64,000 nucleotides of DNA from an uncultured Oscillospiraceae bacterium (GCA_964418245.1 CAYQKW010000001.1:1101-65100); one strand, 5' to 3'. Positions 46,725-56,512 are shown, counted from the stretch's first letter. Notes: a model not told the origin generated them from the letters alone. Numbers and translations: made by a program.

Positions 46725-47071
46725 TTATTAAAAGAGGCGATATTTATTATGCGGATTTAAGCCCGGTTATCGGGTCTGAACAGGGAGGTGTGCGTCCTGT
46801 TCTTGTTGTGCAGAACGATGTGGGAAACAAATACAGTCCAACGATAATAGCTGCCGCTATTACTTCAAGGATTAACAAAGCAAAGTTGCCAACACACATT
46901 GAAATAAGCGCAGAGGACTACGGTCTTAACAAGGACAGTGTTATTCTTCTTGAACAAATCCGCACAATAGATAAAAGACGGCTCAGAGAAAGAATCGGCA
47001 AGCTTGACGACGAGCTTATGGGTATGGTTGATGGTGCCATTGAAGTAAGCTTCGGTTTAAGCGATTATTAA
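46721..47071 (+). CDS. mazF: MazF/EndoA endoribonuclease toxin (PemK family)
   Basis: [47 protein letters not shown] is nearly the textbook EndoA sequence. Confidence 0.95.
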   Translation: MIIKRGDIYYADLSPVIGSEQGGVRPVLVVQNDVGNKYSPTIIAAAITSRINKAKLPTHIEISAEDYGLNKDSVILLEQIRTIDKRRLRERIGKLDDELMGMVDGAIEVSFGLSDY

Positions 47072-47087
47072 TGCGGAGGAATGTTAT

Positions 47088-47516
47088 ATGAAAAAACAGT
47101 TTTTAACAGGTCTTTCGGCCGGATTTGCAATTATTGCGGTTTGCGCCGTCGTGGTTCTTGCCACACCGGGCGACGAAGACAACCCGTTGATTTCAAAAGC
47201 ATATCTTGAAAACAACTTTTTTGCGACCGTTAAAGAATATGTATCTTCAAAAACAGAATTTCAGGTGGTTTCGGTTGCAAAGGGCAAATCCTTGATAGGC
47301 AGTGCCGGATGTGAACTGATACTGCGTCAGGGCAGCGGCAAAATTATTGCTACCGAAAAAGGCGGACTTGCCGACACGACTGCCGGCTGCGACCTTGCAA
47401 ACAACACAAAAATGCCATCAAATCATCTGCTGATAGTTCCGGTGAACGACGGCAGAGGCTTTACGGCGTCGGAAGATGTTCTTGTGCTTGTTAAGGGCGG
47501 ATATGAAATAAAATAG
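47088..47516 (+). CDS. Hypothetical secreted/membrane-anchored protein
   Basis: GGAGG RBS and an N-terminal TM/signal segment (LSAGFAIIAVCAVVVLA). No family recognised. Confidence 0.6.
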   Translation: MKKQFLTGLSAGFAIIAVCAVVVLATPGDEDNPLISKAYLENNFFATVKEYVSSKTEFQVVSVAKGKSLIGSAGCELILRQGSGKIIATEKGGLADTTAGCDLANNTKMPSNHLLIVPVNDGRGFTASEDVLVLVKGGYEIK

Positions 47517-47566
47517 TTTAACAGGGCGGTGATACGGAGCGGTCTTGCAGATTTGCTCCAATCCGT

Positions 47567-48766
47567 ATGGACAGAGTTATTCTTCACTGTGATTGCAACG
47601 GATTTTATGCATCCGTTGAATGCGTACTTAATCCAAAATTAAAGAATATACCGATGGCAGTCGGAGGGGACGAGAAAAACCGCCACGGTATCATTCTTGC
47701 AAAAAACGAGCTTGCAAAAGCCTTTAACATAAAAACCGCCGAAACCATTTGGCAGGCAAAAAAGAAATGTCCCTATCTGACGGTTGTTCCTCCGCACCAT
47801 GAGATATATCATGATTTTTCAAAGAGGATAAACGAGATATATTCAAGGTTTACAGACCTTGTCGAGCCGTTCAGCATTGACGAATCCTGGCTTGACGTTA
47901 CCGAAAGCACAAATTTGTTCGGCAGCGGAAAAGAAATTGCGGACAAGCTCCGCAAACTTGTGTTCGAGGAAACAGGTGTAACCATATCGGTGGGCGTTTC
48001 TTTCAACAAAATTTTTGCAAAAATGGGCAGCGATTACAAAAAACCCGATGCCACCACGGTTATTGACCGCAGTAATTATATAGATATTTTATATCCTCTT
48101 CCGGCGGAAAATATGCTGTATGTCGGGAAGTCCACGTTGCAGAAACTGCACAGCACAGGCGTTTCAACCATAGGCGATATTGTGAACCTCGGTAAAGACA
48201 CGCTTACTCAAATGTTTGGCAAAGCCGGTACTGAACTTTATATAAATGCTGCCGGGCTTGACGACACGGCAGTTAAGCATATTGATGACAAACACGAAAT
48301 AAAATCTGTCGGAAACGGCACAACCTTTCGATATGATTTAACTTCTTACGAAAGTGCCGTTCCGGAAATTTATGCGTTAAGCGACAATATCGCCTCTAAA
48401 ATGCGAAAATCAAACATTAAATGCCGTGGTGTACAGCTTACTTTGAAAGACAGCGAATTTAAGGTTATAACGCGGCAGAAAATGCTTGAATCGCCAACAA
48501 ATCTCGCAAGAATTATATCAAAGGCGGCACTTGATATTTTAAAACAGTCGTGGAGTTTTAAAAAACCTTTGAGAATGATTGCGGTGACCGGCATTAACAT
48601 TATAAACGAAAACGATATGGGCGAACAATTGTCGTTTTTTGAAGATGTGTCGGAGGAAAAATACGAAAACATCGAAAAATCCATTGATGTTATAAGAGAA
48701 AAATACGGTAAAGACATTATTAAGCTCGGCAGTGCAAAAACGCTTGCCGAAAAGGACGGAGAATGA
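47567..48766 (+). CDS. dinB: DNA polymerase IV (Y-family)
   Basis: ILHCDCNGFYASVE and SIDESWLDV catalytic motifs. Confidence 0.93.
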   Translation: MDRVILHCDCNGFYASVECVLNPKLKNIPMAVGGDEKNRHGIILAKNELAKAFNIKTAETIWQAKKKCPYLTVVPPHHEIYHDFSKRINEIYSRFTDLVEPFSIDESWLDVTESTNLFGSGKEIADKLRKLVFEETGVTISVGVSFNKIFAKMGSDYKKPDATTVIDRSNYIDILYPLPAENMLYVGKSTLQKLHSTGVSTIGDIVNLGKDTLTQMFGKAGTELYINAAGLDDTAVKHIDDKHEIKSVGNGTTFRYDLTSYESAVPEIYALSDNIASKMRKSNIKCRGVQLTLKDSEFKVITRQKMLESPTNLARIISKAALDILKQSWSFKKPLRMIAVTGINIINENDMGEQLSFFEDVSEEKYENIEKSIDVIREKYGKDIIKLGSAKTLAEKDGE

Positions 48767-48769
48767 ATT

Positions 48770-49603
48770 ATGATTATTGAAATTATTAAATCGATTATAC
48801 TCGGTATTGTTCAGGGAATAACCGAGTGGCTTCCCATTTCCAGCACAGGTCACCTGTTGCTTATCAACGAATTTTTAAATTTAAAATGTTCGGACGATTT
48901 TCTGAATATGTTTAAAGTTGTTATCCAATTCGGTTCAATCATAGCCGTTATCGTGCTGTATTGGAATAAGCTTTTTCCGTATACGCTGAAAAAAGAAAAC
49001 GGAAAGAATGTGCTTGCAAAATCCAAGCAGGAACGAATCGATACGTACATATTGTGGGCAAAAGTTGCCGTTGCATCAATACCGGCGGCAATATTCGGAT
49101 TTTTGTTTGAAGATATTATAGACGATGTGCTTTCCGCACCGGTTGTAATAGCAATCGCACTTATTGTATACGGTATACTTTTTATTGTTATTGAAAATAT
49201 TTCCAAAAAAGCAAATGTCACGGATTTAAAACAACTGTCGTTCAAACGTGCTTTTATAATAGGCTGTTTTCAGTCGCTTGCGCTTATTCCGGGAACTTCT
49301 CGTTCCGGTTCAACAATACTCGGAGCAATAACAATCGGCACGGCGCGTCCGGTTGCATCGGAATTTTCTTTTTTCCTTGCAATACCGGTTATGTTCGGTG
49401 CAAGTTTCATAAAAATACTCGGTTTCGGTTTCGGTCTTTCCGCTCTTGAATGGTGGGTTTTGATTGTGGGAACCGTTGTGTCGTTCCTGGTTTCGGTTGC
49501 GGCAATCAAATTTTTGATGAACTACATAAGAAAACACGATTTTAAGGCCTTCGGATATTACAGAATTATACTCGGTATACTTGTACTTATTTATTTTCTG
49601 TGA
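48770..49603 (+). CDS. uppP: Undecaprenyl-diphosphate phosphatase
   Basis: GIVQGITEWLPISSTGHL and PGTSRSGSTI BacA motifs. Confidence 0.95.
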   Translation: MIIEIIKSIILGIVQGITEWLPISSTGHLLLINEFLNLKCSDDFLNMFKVVIQFGSIIAVIVLYWNKLFPYTLKKENGKNVLAKSKQERIDTYILWAKVAVASIPAAIFGFLFEDIIDDVLSAPVVIAIALIVYGILFIVIENISKKANVTDLKQLSFKRAFIIGCFQSLALIPGTSRSGSTILGAITIGTARPVASEFSFFLAIPVMFGASFIKILGFGFGLSALEWWVLIVGTVVSFLVSVAAIKFLMNYIRKHDFKAFGYYRIILGILVLIYFL

Positions 49604-49632
49604 TGCTCGTTTGCCTGTGAGGTAATATCAAA

Positions 49633-51990
49633 ATGAATGACAAAGCATTAAAAACACTTGAATATGACAAAATATTAAATAAAGTTGCGGATTTTGCCGT
49701 AACAAAAGCCGCAAAAGAAAAAATAACCGGGCTGAAACCGTCAAAAAAATCGAACGTTGTCGAATATATGCAAGAGGCTGCCGAACAAGCATCAAGCATG
49801 GCGATTATGTTTTCCGCCCCTCCTATGTCTGCGGTAAGCGACGTAACATCGGCATTGAAACGGGCGAAAATGGGCGGTATGCTCAATCTTGCGGAAATAT
49901 TGGCTGTCGGCGGAGTTTTGAGATGTGCAAGAAATCTTTCCGCGTACATTGCAAAAACCGATAAGTTTGAAATTTTAAGCAATATGGCAAAGGGACTTAC
50001 AGCAATAAAAAGTCTTGAAACCGATATAAGCGAATGTATTTTAAGCGAAGAGAGCGTTGCCGATGATGCAAGTGCCGAACTTGCGGCAATACGGCGGAAA
50101 AAAGCCGCCCTCAACAACAAAATAAAAGACATTCTTGACGATATGGTGCGTTCCGCATCCTACTCAAAGTATTTGCAGGAAGCAATTGTCACAATGCGTG
50201 ACAACAGATATGTTTTACCCGTAAAAAACGAATACCGCGCCAACGTACCCGGCATTCTGCACGATTCCTCCGCAACAGGCGCAACAGTGTTTATTGAACC
50301 TATGGCAGTTGTTCAAACGAATAATCAGATACGCGACCTATCCATTGCCGAAGAACGTGAAATAGAAAAAATCATTATGGATTTTTCTGCCCAAATTGCC
50401 GAAAATGCAGACGTGATTTTAATTGATATGCAAACAATAACAGATATTGATGTGCTTTTTGCAAAAGCTCTGTACGGCAACGCCAACAAATGTATACGCC
50501 CCACGCTGAGCCGTGGGGGGGAGCTTGAGTTGAAAAATGCACGCCATCCGCTGATAGACAAAAAAACGGTTGTTCCAATAACTGTGTATCTCGGCAAAGA
50601 TTTTGATACGCTTGTTGTAACAGGACCGAATACCGGCGGTAAAACGGTTACGCTCAAAACAGTGGGACTTTTTGCACTTATGTTTCAAACAGGGTTGCCG
50701 TTGCCCTGCGACATAGGCAGTACAATGCCTGTATATACGGATATTTTTGCCGATATAGGCGACGAGCAAAGCATTGAACAAAACTTGAGTACCTTTTCGT
50801 CGCATATGGTGAATACCGTTAATATATTGAACAGTATAGACAAAAACTCACTTGTGCTGTTTGACGAACTCGGTGCCGGAACAGACCCAGAAGAGGGTGC
50901 GGCGCTTGCAATTGAAATATTGGAATTTGTTCATTCTCTCGGTGCATTTGCGGTTGCTACCACTCATTACAGCGAACTCAAGCTATATGCCCTTTCAACC
51001 GACCGTGTTGAAAATGCTTCCTGCGAATTTGATGTGGAATCATTGCGTCCGACATACAAACTGTTAATCGGTATACCGGGAAAAAGCAACGCTTTTGCAA
51101 TATCACAGAAAATCGGTCTTTATGACGTTATAATCGAAAATGCAAAAAAACGTATGACAACCGAAAGCATACGCTTTGAGGATGTTATTTCACAGTTGCA
51201 CAAAGACCGTGAACTTGCTCGTGAAGAGTATGCATCGGCTTCAAAAAATGCCGCAGAAGTTAAAGCATTGAAAGAGGAACTTAAAAAATCTCAGAACGAA
51301 ATTAAATTGAAACGCGAAAACATAATAAATTCGGCAAAACGTGAAGCACGTGAAATTATTGAAAAGGCAAATGACGAAACCGCCGAACTTCTGCGTGAAG
51401 TCAGAAAGCTTTCGGCACAAGCCGTCACAAAAGACAATTTGAGAAAAATGGAGGAACTCAAGCTTTCGATAAACAAGAAAGCCGGAAATTCCGAACTTAA
51501 AGAAAAACGTATAAAAACCGGTACAAAAACAAAAGATATACGTCTTGGAATGACCGTAAATATAGTATCCATGGACAATACCGGCACGGTGCTAACGCTT
51601 CCTTCCGCAAACGGCGATTTCTTTATACAAGCCGGTATCATGAAAATAAAAACAAACGTAAACGATGTTAAAATAATTAAAGAAAAACCCGAAAAAGCTG
51701 CGGAAAAAGTTATTTCCAAACGAAATATCGGAAGTAAATCAATGACAGTTAATACAGAACTCGATTTAAGAGGTTATATGGCTTACGACGGTATTACCGA
51801 GCTGGATAAATTTATTGACGATGCAATGCTCGCTTCACTTCCGAGAGTAAGCGTTATCCACGGAAAAGGTACGGGAGCGCTGCGAGCCGCCGTTCACGAT
51901 TCCTTAAGACGTAATAAAGCCGTGAAATCCTTTAGATTGGGCGGATACGGCGAGGGCGATACGGGCGTTACCATTATTGATTTAAAATAA
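49633..51990 (+). CDS. mutS2: Endonuclease MutS2 (MutS domain V + Smr)
   Basis: Walker A GPNTGGKT and C-terminal Smr domain LDLRGY...VIHGKGTGALR. Confidence 0.95.
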   Translation: MNDKALKTLEYDKILNKVADFAVTKAAKEKITGLKPSKKSNVVEYMQEAAEQASSMAIMFSAPPMSAVSDVTSALKRAKMGGMLNLAEILAVGGVLRCARNLSAYIAKTDKFEILSNMAKGLTAIKSLETDISECILSEESVADDASAELAAIRRKKAALNNKIKDILDDMVRSASYSKYLQEAIVTMRDNRYVLPVKNEYRANVPGILHDSSATGATVFIEPMAVVQTNNQIRDLSIAEEREIEKIIMDFSAQIAENADVILIDMQTITDIDVLFAKALYGNANKCIRPTLSRGGELELKNARHPLIDKKTVVPITVYLGKDFDTLVVTGPNTGGKTVTLKTVGLFALMFQTGLPLPCDIGSTMPVYTDIFADIGDEQSIEQNLSTFSSHMVNTVNILNSIDKNSLVLFDELGAGTDPEEGAALAIEILEFVHSLGAFAVATTHYSELKLYALSTDRVENASCEFDVESLRPTYKLLIGIPGKSNAFAISQKIGLYDVIIENAKKRMTTESIRFEDVISQLHKDRELAREEYASASKNAAEVKALKEELKKSQNEIKLKRENIINSAKREAREIIEKANDETAELLREVRKLSAQAVTKDNLRKMEELKLSINKKAGNSELKEKRIKTGTKTKDIRLGMTVNIVSMDNTGTVLTLPSANGDFFIQAGIMKIKTNVNDVKIIKEKPEKAAEKVISKRNIGSKSMTVNTELDLRGYMAYDGITELDKFIDDAMLASLPRVSVIHGKGTGALRAAVHDSLRRNKAVKSFRLGGYGEGDTGVTIIDLK

Positions 51991-52005
51991 CTGCGAGGTT
52001 TTTAT

Positions 52006-52800
52006 ATGGCATTTATAAAACATTGCTGCGATTCTCTTGTTTACTATACAGATGAACATATTGATTCTCTGAACGGTTTGGATTATATATTCACCACCAG
52101 ATTCGGAGGTGTCAGCTGCGATAGTTTATATTCTTTGAATCTCGGCACACATCGAAATGACACAAAAGAAAATATTATTGAAAATTACAGACGTGCCTGC
52201 GGCGCCGTACATATTGATTACACCAAATGCGTACTTGCCAAACAAACTCATACGACCAATATACGCATTGTTACGGAAATCGATGCCGGAAAAGGATTGA
52301 TGTGTGAAAGTGATATAACAGATACGGATGGGCTTATAACAAACATTCCTGAACTTCCGCTTGTTATATTTTATGCCGACTGTGTACCGATTTTGCTTTT
52401 CGACCCAAAACAAAAAGTTCTTGCCTGCCTGCACGGCGGCTGGAGGGGTACAGTGAACGGTATTGCCGAAAAAGGTGTTGATATTATGAAAAACAGGTTT
52501 AACTGTAACGATATTTATGCCGCCGTAGGTCCGTCAATAGGGCAATGCTGTTTTGAAACCGGGCTTGAGGTTGCCGATGTTTTTAAAGAAAAGGGATTTT
52601 GCGATTTTATTGAATACAGAAACCAAAAAGCATTTATCGACTTATGGGGTGTGAACGAAAATATTCTTAAAGACTGCGGTGTAAAAAATATAAGTCTCGC
52701 AAAAATATGCACCGTATGTAACAAAAATGAATTTTTTTCACACCGCGGATGCGGTTCTTCAACCGGAAGAATGGCTCTTATCGCATCAATACGCAAATAA
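52006..52800 (+). CDS. pgeF: YfiH/PgeF family (DUF152) purine nucleoside phosphorylase / laccase-domain protein
   Basis: ADCVPILLFDP...LHGGWRG...CCFE family motifs. Confidence 0.9.
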   Translation: MAFIKHCCDSLVYYTDEHIDSLNGLDYIFTTRFGGVSCDSLYSLNLGTHRNDTKENIIENYRRACGAVHIDYTKCVLAKQTHTTNIRIVTEIDAGKGLMCESDITDTDGLITNIPELPLVIFYADCVPILLFDPKQKVLACLHGGWRGTVNGIAEKGVDIMKNRFNCNDIYAAVGPSIGQCCFETGLEVADVFKEKGFCDFIEYRNQKAFIDLWGVNENILKDCGVKNISLAKICTVCNKNEFFSHRGCGSSTGRMALIASIRK

Positions 52801-52843
52801 CATTGAACTGCGAATAACGTTACGTATATGAAAAATAACCAAT

Positions 52844-52879
52844 CGGCGGAATTGATTGACTTGTTAATCAGTTCCGCCG
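52844..52879 (+). terminator. Long hairpin downstream of pgeF
   Basis: CGGCGGAATTGATT-gacttgt-tAATCAGTTCCGCCG (14 bp with 1 mismatch). The T-tract is weak. Confidence 0.5.
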
Positions 52880-52996
52880 TCGGCATCATAAAAATATATT
52901 TTGCGTAATGTAACACACTGCCGTATTTCGGAATATTATATAATATAAAAATTCCCGCCGAAGCGGAGGTAAATAATAAATGAGGGTGGATACATA

Positions 52997-53155
52997 ATGT
53001 TTAAAAAATTCAAATGCAGCAGATTTTTTTACGGCATTGTCATGATAGCTGTCGGCATGGGCGTTATATTATCATTAATGTTGCCTACGCCCTGGACTGT
53101 GTTTTGCCTTGCTATGCTGCTTGTTTTGGCCGGATTTTTGTTGATATGCCATTAA
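52997..53155 (+). CDS. Small membrane protein, 52 aa (not in the ORF track)
   Basis: GAGGGTGG RBS 6 nt upstream of the ATG. Translation: MFKKFKCSRFFYGIVMIAVGMGVILSLMLPTPWTVFCLAMLLVLAGFLLICH, with two TM helices. Followed by the hairpin ATTCTTATA-N8-TATAAGAAT (53164-53189). Confidence 0.45.
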   Translation: MFKKFKCSRFFYGIVMIAVGMGVILSLMLPTPWTVFCLAMLLVLAGFLLICH

Positions 53156-53232
53156 TCCGCGTAATTCTTATACGTCCGCCTATAAGAATACGGAATAAAC
53201 TTTAAAGTGCGGACAGAAAGGCTGATACCGAT

Positions 53233-53301
53233 ATGAAAGTTGTTGTTGTAAAACCGTCAAAATTTATAAGTTCCGTGCTAAGGACAATATTCAAAATCTG
53301 A
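53233..53301 (+). CDS. spoVM: SpoVM-like 22-aa sporulation peptide (not in the ORF track)
   Basis: MKVVVVKPSKFISSVLRTIFKI compared with B. subtilis SpoVM MKFYTIKLPKFLGGIVRAMLGSFRKD (from memory). Same length class and the same K-x-P/S-K-F-hydrophobic-small-small-hydrophobic-hydrophobic-R amphipathic core. Followed by hairpin 53312-53341. Confidence 0.5.
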   Translation: MKVVVVKPSKFISSVLRTIFKI

Positions 53302-53410
53302 TTTTCAAACAGGGAGCGGCTCCAAAAACGGAGTTGCTCCCATATAAATAAGAATTTTACAAGCGAAAAATGACATTGGTTACACCAACCTATGTTGACG
53401 CACCAAAAAC

Positions 53411-53599
53411 GTAGGGGCAATATTAGCTGGCAGTGGGTAGCGGTTAGTGATTAGCTGTTAGAAATCGTGGAATTACTGCTCACTCCGCACTAATCATTAA
53501 ATCTCGTAGGGGCGGACGACCCTGTCCGCCCGAGCAATGATTGAACAAATTTAATCAATATTATCAAATTTGTAGGGAACGAACTGTGTGTCGTTCCGC
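53411..53599 (+). repeat. Cluster of three GTAGGG-prefixed units, two with clear hairpins
   Basis: 53411 GTAGGGGC; 53506 GTAGGGGCGGAC-gaccct-GTCCGCCC; 53572 GTAGGGAACGA-actgtgtg-TCGTTCC. Confidence 0.4.
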
Positions 53600-53662
53600 A
53601 ATTATTGCAAAAAAATATTACAATTAATTTTCAAAGTAAAATACAATTTTAACCGCAACTGT

Positions 53663-53691
53663 TTGACAAATCATAATTTTTATGATATAAT
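53663..53691 (+). promoter_or_regulatory. Sigma-A type promoter for transketolase
   Basis: TTGACA, 17-nt spacer, TGa-TATAAT. Confidence 0.6.
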
Positions 53692-53742
53692 AAATATACA
53701 CAGTGCAAATTTTGCATAATAAAACCGTAAAGAGGGATAAAA

Positions 53743-54579
53743 ATGGATAAAGAAACAAGTTTGAAGCTCACAGCTTATAAAATCCGTCGTCATGCACTTG
53801 ACGCCGTATACACTGCAAAGTCGGGGCACCCCGGCGGTTCGCTCTCGATTGCGGAGATTCTCTCCGTTTTATATTTTCACGAAATGAATATAGACCCGGC
53901 AAATCCGAAAAATCCCGACAGGGACAGATTTGTACTGTCTAAAGGGCATTGTGCTCCGGCACTTTACGGTGTGCTTGCCGAAAGAGGATTCTTCCCGAAA
54001 GAAGATATTAAAACATTCCGAAAAATTGACAGCTATTTGCAGGGTCATCCCGATATGAAACACGTTCCGGGCGTTGATATGTCAACCGGGTCACTCGGTC
54101 AGGGAATATGTGCCGCCAACGGAATGGCACTTGCCGCAAAGCTTGATAAAAAAGATTACCGCGTATATACCGTTCTCGGCGATGGGGAACTTGAAGAGGG
54201 GCAGGTTTGGGAAGCGGCAATGTTTGCGGCTCATTACAAACTTGATAATTTAACGGCGTTTGTTGACTTGAACCTTTTGCAGATTGACGGCGATGTCCGA
54301 AAGGTTATGAATCCGACGCCGGTCGACAAAAAATTTGAAGCTTTCGGCTGGAATGTTATCATAACCGATGCACACGATGTCGGCAAACTCATAGATGCTG
54401 TGGATACGGCAAAAACGGTTAAAGGCAAACCGACTGTTATAATTGCGGAAAGCACAAAAGGAAAAGGTGTATCGTTCATGGAAAACAATGCCGCATGGCA
54501 CGGAGCCGCACCGAACGACGAACAATATGAAACCGCAATAAAAGAGATTGACGAAAAAATCGCAGGTTTTCAACAATAA
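53743..54579 (+). CDS. Transketolase, N-terminal (TPP-binding) subunit
   Basis: SGHPGGSLS, GHCAP and GDGELEEGQVWEA motifs. Split-type transketolase. Confidence 0.95.
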   Translation: MDKETSLKLTAYKIRRHALDAVYTAKSGHPGGSLSIAEILSVLYFHEMNIDPANPKNPDRDRFVLSKGHCAPALYGVLAERGFFPKEDIKTFRKIDSYLQGHPDMKHVPGVDMSTGSLGQGICAANGMALAAKLDKKDYRVYTVLGDGELEEGQVWEAAMFAAHYKLDNLTAFVDLNLLQIDGDVRKVMNPTPVDKKFEAFGWNVIITDAHDVGKLIDAVDTAKTVKGKPTVIIAESTKGKGVSFMENNAAWHGAAPNDEQYETAIKEIDEKIAGFQQ

Positions 54580-54610
54580 ATCACTCTGCGCACAAAAGGA
54601 GATTATTAAT

Positions 54611-55555
54611 ATGTCTGAAATAAAAAAAACAGCTACAAGAGAGGCATACGGCAAAGCTCTCGCAAAATTCGGCGAAAAATATGATATAGTCGTTCTTGAT
54701 GCCGACCTTTCAAAATCAACCAAAACCGATACTTTCAAAAAAGCATTTCCCGAAAGATTTATCAACTGCGGAATTGCCGAAGCCGGTATGATTTCAACGG
54801 CAGCGGGTCTTGCCGCCTGCGGAAAAACGGTGTTTGCAAGTTCGTTTGCAATGTTTGCGGCGGGTCGTGCGTTTGAACAAGTACGAAATTCTGTATGTTA
54901 CCCGAATTTGAACGTGAAAATCGGAGCTACTCACGCCGGTATTTCCGTTGGCGAAGACGGTGCGACACACCAGGCAGTTGAAGACATTGCAATTATGCGG
55001 TCAATCCCCGGAATGTCTGTAATAAGCCCGGCGGATGCCGTTGAGACGGAAGCGGCGGTGGAAGCTGCAATTTTACATAACGGTCCCGTATATTTGAGAT
55101 TTGGGCGTCTTGCCGTACCTGTTTTTAACGATGAAGCAACATATAAATTTGAATGGGGCAAAGGAATTGTTTTGAAAGACGGAACCGACGTAACAATAAT
55201 ATCAAACGGGCTTATGGTTCCCGAAGCTTTAAAAGCCCACGAGATTTTGAAAGCCGAAAACATATCCGCAAGAATAGTAAATATGCATACAATTAAACCT
55301 ATTGACACAGAGCTTGTAATCGACTGCGCAAAGAAAACGGGGGCTATTGTAACCGCCGAAGAACACAGCATTATCGGTGGGCTCGGAAGCGCCGTTGCGG
55401 AAGTTGTGTGCGGAAACGTCCCCGTACCGGTTGCTATGGTCGGCATTGAAGACAAATTCGGCAAATCCGGTGTTCCGACAAAATTGCTTGAAGAATATGG
55501 TCTTACCGCCGAAAATATCGTAAAGAAAACTCTTGATATAATAAAAAGGAAATAA
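54611..55555 (+). CDS. Transketolase, C-terminal (pyrimidine-binding) subunit
   Basis: TREAYGKAL...DADLSKST...GIAEA pattern. ATG after an AAAGGAG RBS; the track start at 54548 is upstream read-through. Confidence 0.95.
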   Translation: MSEIKKTATREAYGKALAKFGEKYDIVVLDADLSKSTKTDTFKKAFPERFINCGIAEAGMISTAAGLAACGKTVFASSFAMFAAGRAFEQVRNSVCYPNLNVKIGATHAGISVGEDGATHQAVEDIAIMRSIPGMSVISPADAVETEAAVEAAILHNGPVYLRFGRLAVPVFNDEATYKFEWGKGIVLKDGTDVTIISNGLMVPEALKAHEILKAENISARIVNMHTIKPIDTELVIDCAKKTGAIVTAEEHSIIGGLGSAVAEVVCGNVPVPVAMVGIEDKFGKSGVPTKLLEEYGLTAENIVKKTLDIIKRK

Positions 55556-55557
55556 GC

Positions 55558-56388
55558 ATGACTGAATTTTTATTGTTTTTGCAAAGTTTTTCAAGTGAAT
55601 TTCTTGACAGTTTGTTTTTGTTTGTTTCATCGCTTACCGGCGAATTGGTTTATATTGCCGTGATATGTGCAATATATTGGTGTATAAACAAAAACAAAGG
55701 GATTATTGCCGCAATAACGCTGGTATTCAGCTTTTCGGCAAATACACTGCTTAAATATATATTTGCTGTGCCGCGACCCTATACATATTCCGCGGTACGG
55801 CAAATTGATACCGAAACGGGTTACGGATATTCGTTTCCGAGTGCACACGCACAGCTTTCGGCAACGTTTGCCGGGCTCGGAATGATTAACATTCGCAGAA
55901 AATCCATGTATATTGCCGGGATATTGCTTGCACTGCTTACCGGTATTTCAAGAATGTATCTCGGTGTGCATACTCCGCTTGATATTGCCGTGGGGTATAT
56001 ACTTGGAACGGGTATTATATTTGCAAGCAGCATATTGTTTAATCACGAAAAATATAAAAATGCAGTTGCAATTATTCTTTTTGCCGTGAATATTCCGCTT
56101 ATTTTCTTTACTGCGGACAAAGACCTGATGAGTATAAACATTCTTTTTGCCGGCTGTATTGCAGGGCTTTTACTTGAAGAACGTTTTATAAAGTTTGACG
56201 TATCGGGTTCTGTGAAAGAAAAAATTTTCCGTTATATTTTTGGAATGGCGGTGCTTATTGCCGTCAAATCACTTTTCGGCTTATTTGGGAAATATGTTTC
56301 ATATGTTTTCACCGGGCTTGCCATTACATTTATTGTTCCGGCAGTTTCAAATATTATAAAGAAAAACGTGAATAAATTTATGCATTAA
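55558..56388 (+). CDS. PAP2-family membrane phosphatase
   Basis: PAP2 motifs: KYIFAVPRP, SFPSAH, SRMYLGVHTPLD. Confidence 0.85.
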   Translation: MTEFLLFLQSFSSEFLDSLFLFVSSLTGELVYIAVICAIYWCINKNKGIIAAITLVFSFSANTLLKYIFAVPRPYTYSAVRQIDTETGYGYSFPSAHAQLSATFAGLGMINIRRKSMYIAGILLALLTGISRMYLGVHTPLDIAVGYILGTGIIFASSILFNHEKYKNAVAIILFAVNIPLIFFTADKDLMSINILFAGCIAGLLLEERFIKFDVSGSVKEKIFRYIFGMAVLIAVKSLFGLFGKYVSYVFTGLAITFIVPAVSNIIKKNVNKFMH

Positions 56389-56425
56389 CACAGGTTGGTG
56401 CAATTTGACGGACGAATATTTTTTT

Positions 56426-56448
56426 CGGGGCAGATATTATCTGCCCCG
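56426..56448. terminator. Hairpin between convergent PAP2 and LRR genes
   Basis: CGGGGCAGA-tatta-TCTGCCCCG. There is no good U-tract on either strand, so confidence is low. Confidence 0.4.
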
Positions 56449-56512
56449 AACGTGTTTGTGTGCCGCCGAAACTTATACATTAACACAGATTTTTGAAAAC
56501 ATGGTTTGCATA

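Noticed and set aside
53202-53420. 72-aa minus-strand ORF in the pgeF-transketolase intergenic region.
   Set aside because: It has no RBS and an implausible composition. It overlaps the better-supported + strand SpoVM-like ORF and its hairpin.
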